Shown here: in pieces, positions 1 through 9,019 of the stretch
Numbering within the stretch: the stretch's first letter is position 1
Layout: each line of letters opens with the position of its first letter
NCBI GenBank assembly: GCA_963769885.1
Contig: CAVYNH010000006.1
Coordinates: forward strand, 576,001-640,000
Reading direction: 5' to 3'
Source of the DNA: Methanobacteriota archaeon
GTDB lineage: Archaea; Thermoplasmatota; E2; DHVEG-1
Length of the DNA: 64,000 nucleotides
Made by a program: the position numbers and the translations under genes
The notes under the pieces: generated by a model
The model's input: the letters and a program-made list of their open reading frames with translations, nothing else
Database searches by the model: none
Told to the model about the DNA's origin: nothing

Positions 1-46
1 ACTACCTTTATGACCCACCCGCCGGATAATCCATCTGGACCTTCAA

Positions 47-1099
47 ATGACGACCACGGACGAGATCACCATCCAAGGCGCCGGGCCCGCCGGGCTCTCC
101 GCCGCCATCACGCTCGCATCGCGCGGCAGGCGCGTCACCGTCTATGAGAAAAACCCGGACTGCGGCATGCGCTTCCGCGGCGACTTCCAAGGCTTCGAAA
201 ACTGGTCCTCCCCCACCGACATCTTCGACACCCTCCACGGCATCGGCATCGCCACCGACTTCTGGCACACCCCCGTCCTCCAGGCCCAGATCTTCGACTA
301 CAAACGCAACGCCCGCACCATCCACTTCGAACGCCCCGCCCTCTACCTCATCAAACGCGGCGCCATCCCCGGCAGCCTCGACCAAAGCCTCAAACAACAG
401 GCCACGAACAAGGGCGTCACCCTCGTCTTCAACACCAAGGTCACCGACACCGAGGCCGACATCATCGCCAGCGGGCCCACCCGCGCCGACGGCATCGTCC
501 GCGGCATCACCTTCCAGACCACCTTCGCCCACGAGCCCACCCTGATCCTCGACGATACCCTCGCCCCGAAAGCCTTCGCCTACCTGCTCGTTGCCGACGG
601 CCGCGGCTGCCTCGGCACCGGAATGACGAAGCACTACAACCGCGCTGACGAGTACCTCGACCGGACCATCCAGGCCTTCACCGACATCTACCACCTCGAC
701 ATCCAGAACCCAAAACGATTCACCGGCTACGGCAACTTCTCGCTACGGACACGATACTACGAAGACGGCAAATACTACGTTGGCGAGCGGGCAGGTCTGC
801 AGGACTTCCTCTTCGCCTTCGGCCTGCGGCAGGCCATCCTCTCCGGCCACCTCGCCGCGACCAGCATCCTCGACAACAAAGACTACGACAGCCTCATGCA
901 AGAGACCCTGGTGCCTCAACTACGGGTCTCCCTGGTGAACCGCTTCCTCTTCAGCCTGCTGGGCAACCGCGGCTACAGCCAGGCCCTCGAACGCGGCAAG
1001 AAAATCACCAAACCCCTGGCACGAGCGAACAGGATCTACAACAGCCACCTCCTGCCCAAGGTCCTCCTTCCGATCTCACGGCTCGCCTACAAGAAATAG
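47..1099 (+). CDS. NAD(P)/FAD-dependent oxidoreductase, geranylgeranyl reductase-like
   Basis: N-terminal GAGPAGLSAA dinucleotide-binding motif; C-terminal VGERAG..D..FAFG flavin motif. Confidence 0.75.
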   Translation: MTTTDEITIQGAGPAGLSAAITLASRGRRVTVYEKNPDCGMRFRGDFQGFENWSSPTDIFDTLHGIGIATDFWHTPVLQAQIFDYKRNARTIHFERPALYLIKRGAIPGSLDQSLKQQATNKGVTLVFNTKVTDTEADIIASGPTRADGIVRGITFQTTFAHEPTLILDDTLAPKAFAYLLVADGRGCLGTGMTKHYNRADEYLDRTIQAFTDIYHLDIQNPKRFTGYGNFSLRTRYYEDGKYYVGERAGLQDFLFAFGLRQAILSGHLAATSILDNKDYDSLMQETLVPQLRVSLVNRFLFSLLGNRGYSQALERGKKITKPLARANRIYNSHLLPKVLLPISRLAYKK

Positions 1100-1203
1100 C
1101 CGTGATGAATTCTCCCCTCTTATTTGATATAATATAAATTGAATAAGAAGTTTAAAATAACAGAGAGCCGTATTCAGAAGGAGACACGTCGAGGGAAGGA
1201 AAA

Positions 1204-2793
1204 ATGAAACGAACATACACTTTCTGCATACTCTGCATTCTATCGATCGCCCTCACCCTCATGATGATCCCCGAAGCCATCGCGGCCGTACACACCAGCG
1301 GGACCTCAGATCCGATGCCCCTTAACAGAGGCAGCGTCCTCTATGTCGGCGGCAGCGGACCCGGGAACTACACCAGCATCCAGGACGCCATCGACAACGC
1401 CACCACCGGCGATACCGTCTACGTCTACGACGACTCCTCACCCTACCTCGAAAGACTCACCATCAACACTACCCTCTCCCTCATCGGGGAGAACCAAACC
1501 ACGACCGTCATCAACTTGACCGGCAATAACTACAAGACCAGGGTGACCATCAACGCCAACGACGTCCGCCTCAGCGGCTTCACCATCATCGTCTACGGCG
1601 ACCCCGCAGTCAAGGTCCTCGCCAACCACACCATGATCAGCAACCTGACCATCCACCCCGGCTTTGACGGATGGAGCGGCTACGGAATTCAACTCTACAA
1701 AGTTCATGACGCCACCATCACTGATACTCTCATCAGATACACCTTCACCGCCGTCGAACTCATCGACGCGACGAACGTAACCGTCTCCCACAATATCATC
1801 ATCGAGCCCTACGATAGTGGCATCACCGTATTTTCCTCCGACGACACCGTCTCCGAGAACTCTATCATGATCAATTACGACCAATATGTCAAACCGCTGG
1901 GCATCCATCTGGAAGGCGCTCACAACCGCATCTCCAATAACCATATCAAGGCCATGGTCGGGAACGCGACCGGCGGCATCTATGTGTGGAAATCAACCGA
2001 CAACGTCATCGAAGGAAACACCCTCTCCAACACAGGCTTCGAATGTTACAAATCAGAAGCGAACACCTACCTCAACAACACCGTCAACTCTCGACCATTT
2101 GTGTTCCTCGTCGGCCACTCCGACCAGGTCATCGACGACGCCGGACAGGTGATCCTTGTCAACTGCACGCACATGACTATCAAAAACCTCACGCTCTCCA
2201 ACGCACGCTATGGAATCTACCTCGACGGGACCACGGACTCCGTGATCCAGAACTGCCACATCTCCTCATGCTGGTACGGCATCAACCTCGAGGCATCACA
2301 AGGGAACACCATCAGAAACACAACCATCACCGACAGCGCGTACGGCATTGATATCAACCGAGGCCGCACGAACCACATCGAGAACACCACCATCGCTCAC
2401 TGCATGTACAACGGGATGTTGATCAGCTCACGCAACACCCTCGTGTCGCATACCCAGATCAGCCGTAGCGCCGTCGGAATCGTGGTCTGTGGATTCCTCC
2501 ACTGCACCGTACAAACGAACACGATTCAGAACTGCACGTGGGGCCTCTACCTCGAGTTCACCTTCGCCAACACCGTCGCCGAAAACAACTTCATCAACAA
2601 CACCCTCAACGCCGCCTTCTACACCTCCCTCATCAATCACTGGAAAGGCAATTACTGGGGCCGACCCCTGCTCCATCCCAAAATCATCCCCGGCGCGATT
2701 CTGCTCTTCGAATCATCGTTCCCCTACTACTTCCCGACCATCATCATCCCCTGGCTCAACGTCGACTGGCACCCAGCCGCACACCCGTACTAA
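1204..2793 (+). CDS. Secreted right-handed parallel beta-helix (NosD/pectin lyase-like) protein
   Basis: Signal peptide; YVGGSGPGNYTSIQDAIDNA motif; repeated N-x-I..YGIYL beta-helix units; NYW...DWHPA..PY tail. Confidence 0.8.
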   Translation: MKRTYTFCILCILSIALTLMMIPEAIAAVHTSGTSDPMPLNRGSVLYVGGSGPGNYTSIQDAIDNATTGDTVYVYDDSSPYLERLTINTTLSLIGENQTTTVINLTGNNYKTRVTINANDVRLSGFTIIVYGDPAVKVLANHTMISNLTIHPGFDGWSGYGIQLYKVHDATITDTLIRYTFTAVELIDATNVTVSHNIIIEPYDSGITVFSSDDTVSENSIMINYDQYVKPLGIHLEGAHNRISNNHIKAMVGNATGGIYVWKSTDNVIEGNTLSNTGFECYKSEANTYLNNTVNSRPFVFLVGHSDQVIDDAGQVILVNCTHMTIKNLTLSNARYGIYLDGTTDSVIQNCHISSCWYGINLEASQGNTIRNTTITDSAYGIDINRGRTNHIENTTIAHCMYNGMLISSRNTLVSHTQISRSAVGIVVCGFLHCTVQTNTIQNCTWGLYLEFTFANTVAENNFINNTLNAAFYTSLINHWKGNYWGRPLLHPKIIPGAILLFESSFPYYFPTIIIPWLNVDWHPAAHPY

Positions 2794-2997
2794 AACCCAC
2801 TCACACCCACGGAAAAAACCACCCGGTTCCTCAAAAATCGGAACGTCCTTCCCCTGACCTATGAGGCGCCTCGTTTTCACAGTCAGAGCCAACAGCAAGA
2901 ACGTATTATCCGACAAAAAAATCGGTTGCTTCTCTTAGAAACCATCGATACGTATATGAGCGGCCACACCCTACCAAACCTCCGAGGGGAACGCCAC

Positions 2998-3447
2998 ATG
3001 GGAAAACACGCCGCACCATCACGAACCGTCAGCCCACTCGAACTCGTCACCAGCGAAATCGTCGGACCCAGCAGCTCCCACACCGCCGGCGTCATGCGCA
3101 TCGGCCGCGCCATCGCCATAAAAACAAAGCCCATCGGCACCATCAAAATCCTCCTCTATAACAGCCTCGCCGACACCGGCGACGCCCACATGACCAAAAG
3201 CGCCCTCGTCGCGGGCCTCCTCGGCTGGCAAGACGACGACCCCCGCATCCCCTTCTCCTTCCGCTACGCCGAAGACCAAGGCCTCACCATCAAATGGAGC
3301 CACAAACGAGACGAAACCACCCACCCCAACACCCTCACCATCACCCTCATCGACAACCACGGCATCCCACAAACCTACAAAGGCATCAGCCTCGGCGGCG
3401 GCCGATACAAAATCACCCACCTCCACCACCCAGAGGCCACCCCATGA
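2998..3447 (+). CDS. sdaAB: Fe-S L-serine dehydratase beta subunit (short, no ACT domain)
   Basis: IVGPSSSHTAG, HPNT and GISLGGG motifs; ATGA overlap with the alpha subunit; start codon uncertain. Confidence 0.85.
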   Translation: MGKHAAPSRTVSPLELVTSEIVGPSSSHTAGVMRIGRAIAIKTKPIGTIKILLYNSLADTGDAHMTKSALVAGLLGWQDDDPRIPFSFRYAEDQGLTIKWSHKRDETTHPNTLTITLIDNHGIPQTYKGISLGGGRYKITHLHHPEATP

Positions 3448-4415
3448 CCGACTACATCCTCCGCACCTTCACCACCACCGCAAAACAACACAAAAAAACC
3501 CTCGGCGACATCATCCTCGACTACGAAGAAACCTACTTCCACCGAAAAAAAACAGACATCCTCAAACGCCTCCAACACTCCTTCACCATCTTCCAAAACG
3601 CAATCGACAAAGGCCTCAGCGCCGACTACACCTTCACCAACCTCATGTTCACCCAAGACAGCAAAAAACTCCAGGCCACCCACCACCGCATCCTCGGCGG
3701 CCCCCTCCACACCGCCTGCGTCTACGCCCTCGCCATCACCGAAAACAACCTCAACATGGGCCAGGTCATCGCCTGCCCCACCGCCGGCTCCTCCGGCATC
3801 GTCCCCGCCTGCATCTTCGCCATCGCCGAAGACTACGGCAGCACCGACCTCGAAAAATACAAAGCGCTCCTCGCCGCCGCAGCCGTCGAACTCTCCATCG
3901 TCAAAAACGCCTCCATCTCCGGCGCCGTCCACGGCTGCCAGGCAGAATGCGGATCCGCCTCCGCCATGGCCGCCGCCGCCATCGTCCAACTCCTCAACCC
4001 CCATCCCTTCACCAACCCGGACATGATCGACAACGCCGCCGCCCTCGCCCTGAAGAACTCACTTGGCCTCGTCTGCGACCCCGTCGCCGGCGTCGTCTCC
4101 GTCCCCTGCCGCAAACGCAACGCGACCGCCGTCGGCACCGCCTTCATCTCCGCCCAGCTCGCCCTCGCTGGCATCACCTCCTACATCCCCTTCGACGAAG
4201 TCGCCAGCGCCATGCACGACGTCGGCGACCGCATGGACACCCGGCTCAAAGAGACCGCCCGCGGCGGCCTCGCCCGCACGAAGACCGGTCGGGAGTGGGA
4301 AGCAGTGAAGGACGCCCTCATCCACGAGGCCATCAAGAAAAAGAAGAGCTACGCCGACATCCTCCTTGAAAAAACAAAGGAGAATCTGGGACCCAGACGC
4401 CGTCCCCGAATCTAG
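3444..4415 (+). CDS. sdaAA: Fe-S L-serine dehydratase alpha subunit
   Basis: CPTAGSSG, GCQAEC, GLVCDPVAG..VPC and LKETARGGLA motifs; start ATG at 3444 overlaps the beta-subunit stop. Confidence 0.9.
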   Translation: MTDYILRTFTTTAKQHKKTLGDIILDYEETYFHRKKTDILKRLQHSFTIFQNAIDKGLSADYTFTNLMFTQDSKKLQATHHRILGGPLHTACVYALAITENNLNMGQVIACPTAGSSGIVPACIFAIAEDYGSTDLEKYKALLAAAAVELSIVKNASISGAVHGCQAECGSASAMAAAAIVQLLNPHPFTNPDMIDNAAALALKNSLGLVCDPVAGVVSVPCRKRNATAVGTAFISAQLALAGITSYIPFDEVASAMHDVGDRMDTRLKETARGGLARTKTGREWEAVKDALIHEAIKKKKSYADILLEKTKENLGPRRRPRI

Positions 4416-4420
4416 TGTTT

Positions 4421-5455
4421 TTATGGCTGGAAATTGGTGGCGAGCAGTTCCATGTCGACGCCTTTCAGGAACGGGAGTGACTCGTTGAACGAGCCCTTCA
4501 TCCGGACATAATAGCCAGCATCCGGCGCATAGTAGACCCTCCCGCCGCCGGCCACGGTCGTGATGTTGTACACGGTGTACGTCCCTGCAGGCACTGTCAA
4601 CAGCTCGGTGTTGTTGCAGATGAGGACTGGGGGGATCTCCGGGATGGCGATCGTATTGCCATTGAGGTAGGTGTTCATGACATGGGCGATGTCTACCGTC
4701 GGCAGAATATCGTCGAGAATATCCGAGACATTCTGCAGGTTCTCCTTGGAAGTATTCAGGATGTTGGCGATCGGCCCGATGAGGTGAAACCCGCGCACGA
4801 TCCGGTTGATGAAGTTGACGAACCTGAACCAGGGGGAGTCGATGGTGCCTGACAGGGTCACATTGTTCGCTGGGATGCCCCAGTTGGCACCGACCTCGAG
4901 GGGGAAGGCGATGAGGCCGTACGGCGCGTCGAATACGAACTGGCTGTCGATGACCGCGGAGAAGGTGTACGTCCGCGAGAGGGGTTCGAAGTACGGCTGA
5001 TCGTGAACCTCTATCGTCATCTTGCCGTTGATGGTCAGGTTAATGCTTTTCATGCCGAGGCTAGCCTTTGAGACCTGGAGGATGCCTTCAAGGGTGATTT
5101 CTTTGAGATCCCCAGTGATGTTGATCGGTCCGTCGCCGAAGTCAGCGTAGACCGCGTAATCGCCGGTGATGGTGGTGGGCTTGATGTGGACGATGTACGC
5201 GTCCGGGGTCTCGTTGTCGACTACGAGGGTGAGGTTGGTGACGGCCGCATGGATACTGAGCATGAAATCTGTTTCGTTGATGTCGACGCTGAGGTCGTTG
5301 ATGCGATAGGTCCAGGTGTTCCCCACGGACCAGACCGGGACGTCCACGCTGGTCGATGCCGTCGCATTCGGATGCGTCTTCGGGATGCTTTGAGCGAGGC
5401 TCAGCGGCGCAAGGAGTAGCGTACAGAGAAGCAGTATCGTTAGTTGTTTCTTCAT
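4421..5455 (-). CDS. Secreted hypothetical beta-rich protein; paralog of the N-terminal domain of 5625-7100
   Basis: Signal peptide; VPVWSVGNTWTY, FPLEVGANW and TVPAGTY motifs. Confidence 0.7.
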   Translation of the reverse strand: MKKQLTILLLCTLLLAPLSLAQSIPKTHPNATASTSVDVPVWSVGNTWTYRINDLSVDINETDFMLSIHAAVTNLTLVVDNETPDAYIVHIKPTTITGDYAVYADFGDGPINITGDLKEITLEGILQVSKASLGMKSINLTINGKMTIEVHDQPYFEPLSRTYTFSAVIDSQFVFDAPYGLIAFPLEVGANWGIPANNVTLSGTIDSPWFRFVNFINRIVRGFHLIGPIANILNTSKENLQNVSDILDDILPTVDIAHVMNTYLNGNTIAIPEIPPVLICNNTELLTVPAGTYTVYNITTVAGGGRVYYAPDAGYYVRMKGSFNESLPFLKGVDMELLATNFQP

Positions 5456-5624
5456 TTATTATTCCTCCAGTAAAATCAAGGCATATAGAGGGGCCCTGGC
5501 TTTAAATAATTAACCCTGCCCCGGAGCCTCCCTCCTCCTAAGACTGTCAACAGGCGTCTATTATTTGTCTCCAAACATTTAAAAGCGGCAGGGTCGTTGA
5601 CTATCTATTGGAGGATAACGGTCT

Positions 5625-7100
5625 ATGAAATATATCACCTTCTTCAGCCTATGCTGTATCTTCGTCTGCTGTTCCTCTAGTATCGCGGTCGATGTCCCAG
5701 CTCCGGGCCATCAGCAAGCAGTCTTGGATGCTGCGTCTATTCCCACGTGGTATCCCGGCGATATGTGGACCTACCGCGTCGACCCCTTCTCCTTCAGCAG
5801 CGTCAACGCATCCTTCACGGGAGTCATCACTAACCTTCAGGAAACCGTCACAGGTGTGTATGATGACACGTATAATTTGAGTATCACGGGGCAGATTAGT
5901 GGGGCCTTAATTTACAGTGGCATCGTCGGCGACCTTACCGGGGTCATCACCGGGTCCTCAAGCATGAGGCGCTCCGACCTCGCCCAGGGACCGACGCATA
6001 TCGCCTCCTCGGGATCAATTCTTGTTATTGTCGTCCCGGTACCGTATTCGGCAGATATTCAGTATGGCTCAATCCCGCTATTGGAAGCCTTTGATTTCCC
6101 CCTCGCAGTCGGTGACCAGTGGCGCCTCCAGGGTCTCACGACGACGACAGGGTACGTGTCCATTGAGGGGATCATGAACCAGTCAATGAACAGCGTGCAA
6201 GTTGTTGATGGCGAAGTCACGTGCCCGCAGCAGTCGACGATCACGTGCCCAGCAGGGAGCTTCACTGCCTACGAGGTTGGCCGAGAAGGGTCCGACGCGT
6301 GGTATGCCCCCATAGTCGACAACCTCGTGAAATCCACCATCGACCAGGTAGGCACGAACGGTACGATTCATGCGGTGACAATCCTGCAGTCCTTTTCCCG
6401 TGCAACGCAGCCGTTGTCGGTCAGCGAGCATCTTTCGCCTGACGTCGCCTTCCCCGGCGACCCCATCGTCGTGTCCGGGCAGGTCCTCAATTCTCAAACG
6501 CATGCCCCAGTGGCCGATGGGGCTGTGACCGTGCGGATTCCTGCAACGGGGGATTCTTGGACGACGACGACGAACAGCACCGGCGGCTATAGCGTCTCCT
6601 TCCCTGCGCCGATAATGGTGGACGATAGCCCGGTAGTCCATGAGACCGGCTCAGGGGGTGTTGTCGTCAGTTGTAGCAAGGATGGCCAGGAGGGTTATCA
6701 GGTATGTACCTTGACGACCCTAGTCAACAATCCGCCGGCGGCGCCACGGATCACCGGCCCTGCTCAGGGGAAGCCTCGCGTCGAGCACAACTACGTCGTC
6801 TGCAGCGTCGACTCTGATAATGACACGGTGTCGTATTTCGTGGACTGGGGGGATAATACCACGAGTGACTGGGTGGGCCCAAGCGCGTCTGGGGTGGATG
6901 TCACGCTTACCCATAAATATGCGAAGAGGGGAACGTACGTGATCCGGGCGAAGGCGAAGGATACCTGGGGTTCGGCGGAGAGTGAATGGGGGACGATGCA
7001 GGTGAAGATGCCGTATGTGTTCCATCCCCTGCAGTGGCTCTTCGGGCGGTTCCCGCATGCCTTCCCACTGCTTCGCTTGCTTCTCGTGATATTGAAATAA
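5625..7100 (+). CDS. Secreted protein with Ig-like/PKD domains and an amphipathic C-terminal tail
   Basis: GGAGG RBS; signal peptide; YFVDWGD PKD motif; tail LQWLFGRFPHAFPLLRLLL. Confidence 0.75.
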   Translation: MKYITFFSLCCIFVCCSSSIAVDVPAPGHQQAVLDAASIPTWYPGDMWTYRVDPFSFSSVNASFTGVITNLQETVTGVYDDTYNLSITGQISGALIYSGIVGDLTGVITGSSSMRRSDLAQGPTHIASSGSILVIVVPVPYSADIQYGSIPLLEAFDFPLAVGDQWRLQGLTTTTGYVSIEGIMNQSMNSVQVVDGEVTCPQQSTITCPAGSFTAYEVGREGSDAWYAPIVDNLVKSTIDQVGTNGTIHAVTILQSFSRATQPLSVSEHLSPDVAFPGDPIVVSGQVLNSQTHAPVADGAVTVRIPATGDSWTTTTNSTGGYSVSFPAPIMVDDSPVVHETGSGGVVVSCSKDGQEGYQVCTLTTLVNNPPAAPRITGPAQGKPRVEHNYVVCSVDSDNDTVSYFVDWGDNTTSDWVGPSASGVDVTLTHKYAKRGTYVIRAKAKDTWGSAESEWGTMQVKMPYVFHPLQWLFGRFPHAFPLLRLLLVILK

Positions 7101-7323
7101 AGCGACCTTGGTCCGTTGGAAACTAGGGGGCCGGCCGTGGAGCGGGCCGCTGTGCCGGGGTCGACTCAGCAGCGAGCCGTCGAGCGCGAGGGATGGCGTT
7201 CGCGGGTTGAGGGGATTCTCTGGTGAAACATCACGGGTTTCGTTCGCAAGCCCGCCTCCTTTTATTAAATTTAATAGATAGATTTAAATTGTATATCGGT
7301 AATTATTCTTCTCAGGAGGAAGC

Positions 7324-8844
7324 ATGGTTATGGTAAAAACATGTGCGTTTGGAAAGGCTGTTGTCGTGGAAATTGTTGTCATGGTTCTTGCGAGCATTCT
7401 CGCCGCTGGCGGGTGCCTCGGGGCGACGGCGGACACCAGAGGATCGGCGTCGCCGCTTTCAGGCCGTGATGATGTCCTCATGATCCCGGATTGGACCGCG
7501 GACCGCGTGTGCGCGTTCGACCCCTACAACGGATCGTACGTGGGCGATATCGTCCCGACGAGCTCGTATCTGCAGAGTCCAAAGTGCGCGCTGATCAGCC
7601 CACGTAGCACGATCTTCGTCTCCGATCAGGTTTCGGACGGGGTGTTCGAGTACAGCTCGAGCGGGGCTTACATCGCGACGATCACGAGCCTGGCGACGAG
7701 CGGCATCGACAACGTCCGAGGCATCAGGATATATAATGATTTGTTGTACGTGACGGTCTACCAGGGGACCTATGCGAATACGGTGCAGCGGTTCGACTGC
7801 AACGGCGCCGGCCAGATGACGTGGGCGTCGGCGAACAACCCCTTCGACCTAATCTTCCGCAGCGGCGATGCGCTGGTGACCAGCTTCGGTTCGCACAAGG
7901 TGGAGCGGTACAGTCTCACCGGCACCTATCTGGGGACGCTGATCAGCGGCATCAATTATCCCCAGCAGATCTTTGAGCGGGCGAACGGGAACCTATACGT
8001 CGCCGGCACAATCACGAATCAGGGGATCTATGAATACACAGATACCGGGACGCAGCTGAATTACTATCCCATCAGTCAGGGGACGCTTCGGGGCGTCTAC
8101 GAGCTTGGGAACGGGAAGCTGCTCGTCTCCACCAGCGACTCGGTCGGGACCTACGACACATCCACGTACCAGTTCCAGGTCGTGTACAGCGGCGGCAACT
8201 TCCAGTTCATCAATCTCTTTGGCGCGGGTGCCAACTCGCCTCCCTATGAGCCTTCGGACCCTGATCCAGCGGATGGGGCGGTGAACATTACCGTGGACAG
8301 CTCGCTGTCCTGGGTCGGCGGGGATCCTGACGGAGACCCGGTCACCTACGATGTCTACCTCGGGACCACGAGCCCGCCGGGCAAGGTCGCAAGCAACGTC
8401 ACCAACACCACGTACCAGCCCGCATCGCTGGCGTATGACACCACGTACTACTGGAAGATCGTGGCCTGGGACAACCACTATGCGTCCACGGCCGGCCCCA
8501 TCTGGCAGTTCACGACGGTGGAGGAGCTCGCCCCCGTCCTGGAAGTCTCGTTCATCCCCGGCTCGGTCGGCGTCACCGTCCAGGTGAAGAATAACGGGAC
8601 GGCAGCGGCTACCAACGTCTCCGTAGCGTTCACGGTCGACGGCGGCCTCATCATCATCCCCGGCGGCGGGCATAAACAGGTGGAAGTAGGGTCCCTCGAG
8701 CAAGGGAAGACCGGGACGGCGAAGCTGCTGTTGGTCGGCCTGGGGAAACCTACGATAACGGCGCAGGCCAGCTGCTCGGAAGGTGCGACGGCGGAGGCAT
8801 CGCACACTGTGCGATTCCTGTTCCTGATCTTCGTCATCTACTAA
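7324..8844 (+). CDS. Secreted beta-propeller protein with an FN3-like domain and the shared C-terminal domain
   Basis: AGGAGG RBS; NHL/SMP-30-like repeats; PSDPDPADGA...YYWKIVA module. Confidence 0.7.
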   Translation: MVMVKTCAFGKAVVVEIVVMVLASILAAGGCLGATADTRGSASPLSGRDDVLMIPDWTADRVCAFDPYNGSYVGDIVPTSSYLQSPKCALISPRSTIFVSDQVSDGVFEYSSSGAYIATITSLATSGIDNVRGIRIYNDLLYVTVYQGTYANTVQRFDCNGAGQMTWASANNPFDLIFRSGDALVTSFGSHKVERYSLTGTYLGTLISGINYPQQIFERANGNLYVAGTITNQGIYEYTDTGTQLNYYPISQGTLRGVYELGNGKLLVSTSDSVGTYDTSTYQFQVVYSGGNFQFINLFGAGANSPPYEPSDPDPADGAVNITVDSSLSWVGGDPDGDPVTYDVYLGTTSPPGKVASNVTNTTYQPASLAYDTTYYWKIVAWDNHYASTAGPIWQFTTVEELAPVLEVSFIPGSVGVTVQVKNNGTAAATNVSVAFTVDGGLIIIPGGGHKQVEVGSLEQGKTGTAKLLLVGLGKPTITAQASCSEGATAEASHTVRFLFLIFVIY

Positions 8845-8875
8845 AGAAGTCTAGTCTCTGACAACGAAAGCGAGA

Positions 8876-8932
8876 TGGGCAGCGCTCCGCCCCTTTCGGC
8901 CGTTTGCCCCTTCTTTTTTTCCTTTTTTCACT
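8876..8932 (+). terminator. GC-rich hairpin followed by a T-rich tract
   Basis: gggca...tgccc followed by ttcttttttttccttttttca after the stop codon. Confidence 0.45.
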
Positions 8933-9019
8933 TGTCCACTTAATAACCTGGTAGAACGATGGTGTTAGGTAAATTTAAATATAAATTGCCACATGTATTT
9001 TAATCAGAGGGCTAATATT

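Noticed and set aside
3294-3443. His/Pro-rich N-terminal extension of SdaAA in the ORF track
   Set aside because: An alternate frame overlapping sdaAB; the ATGA-coupled start at 3444 is more plausible.
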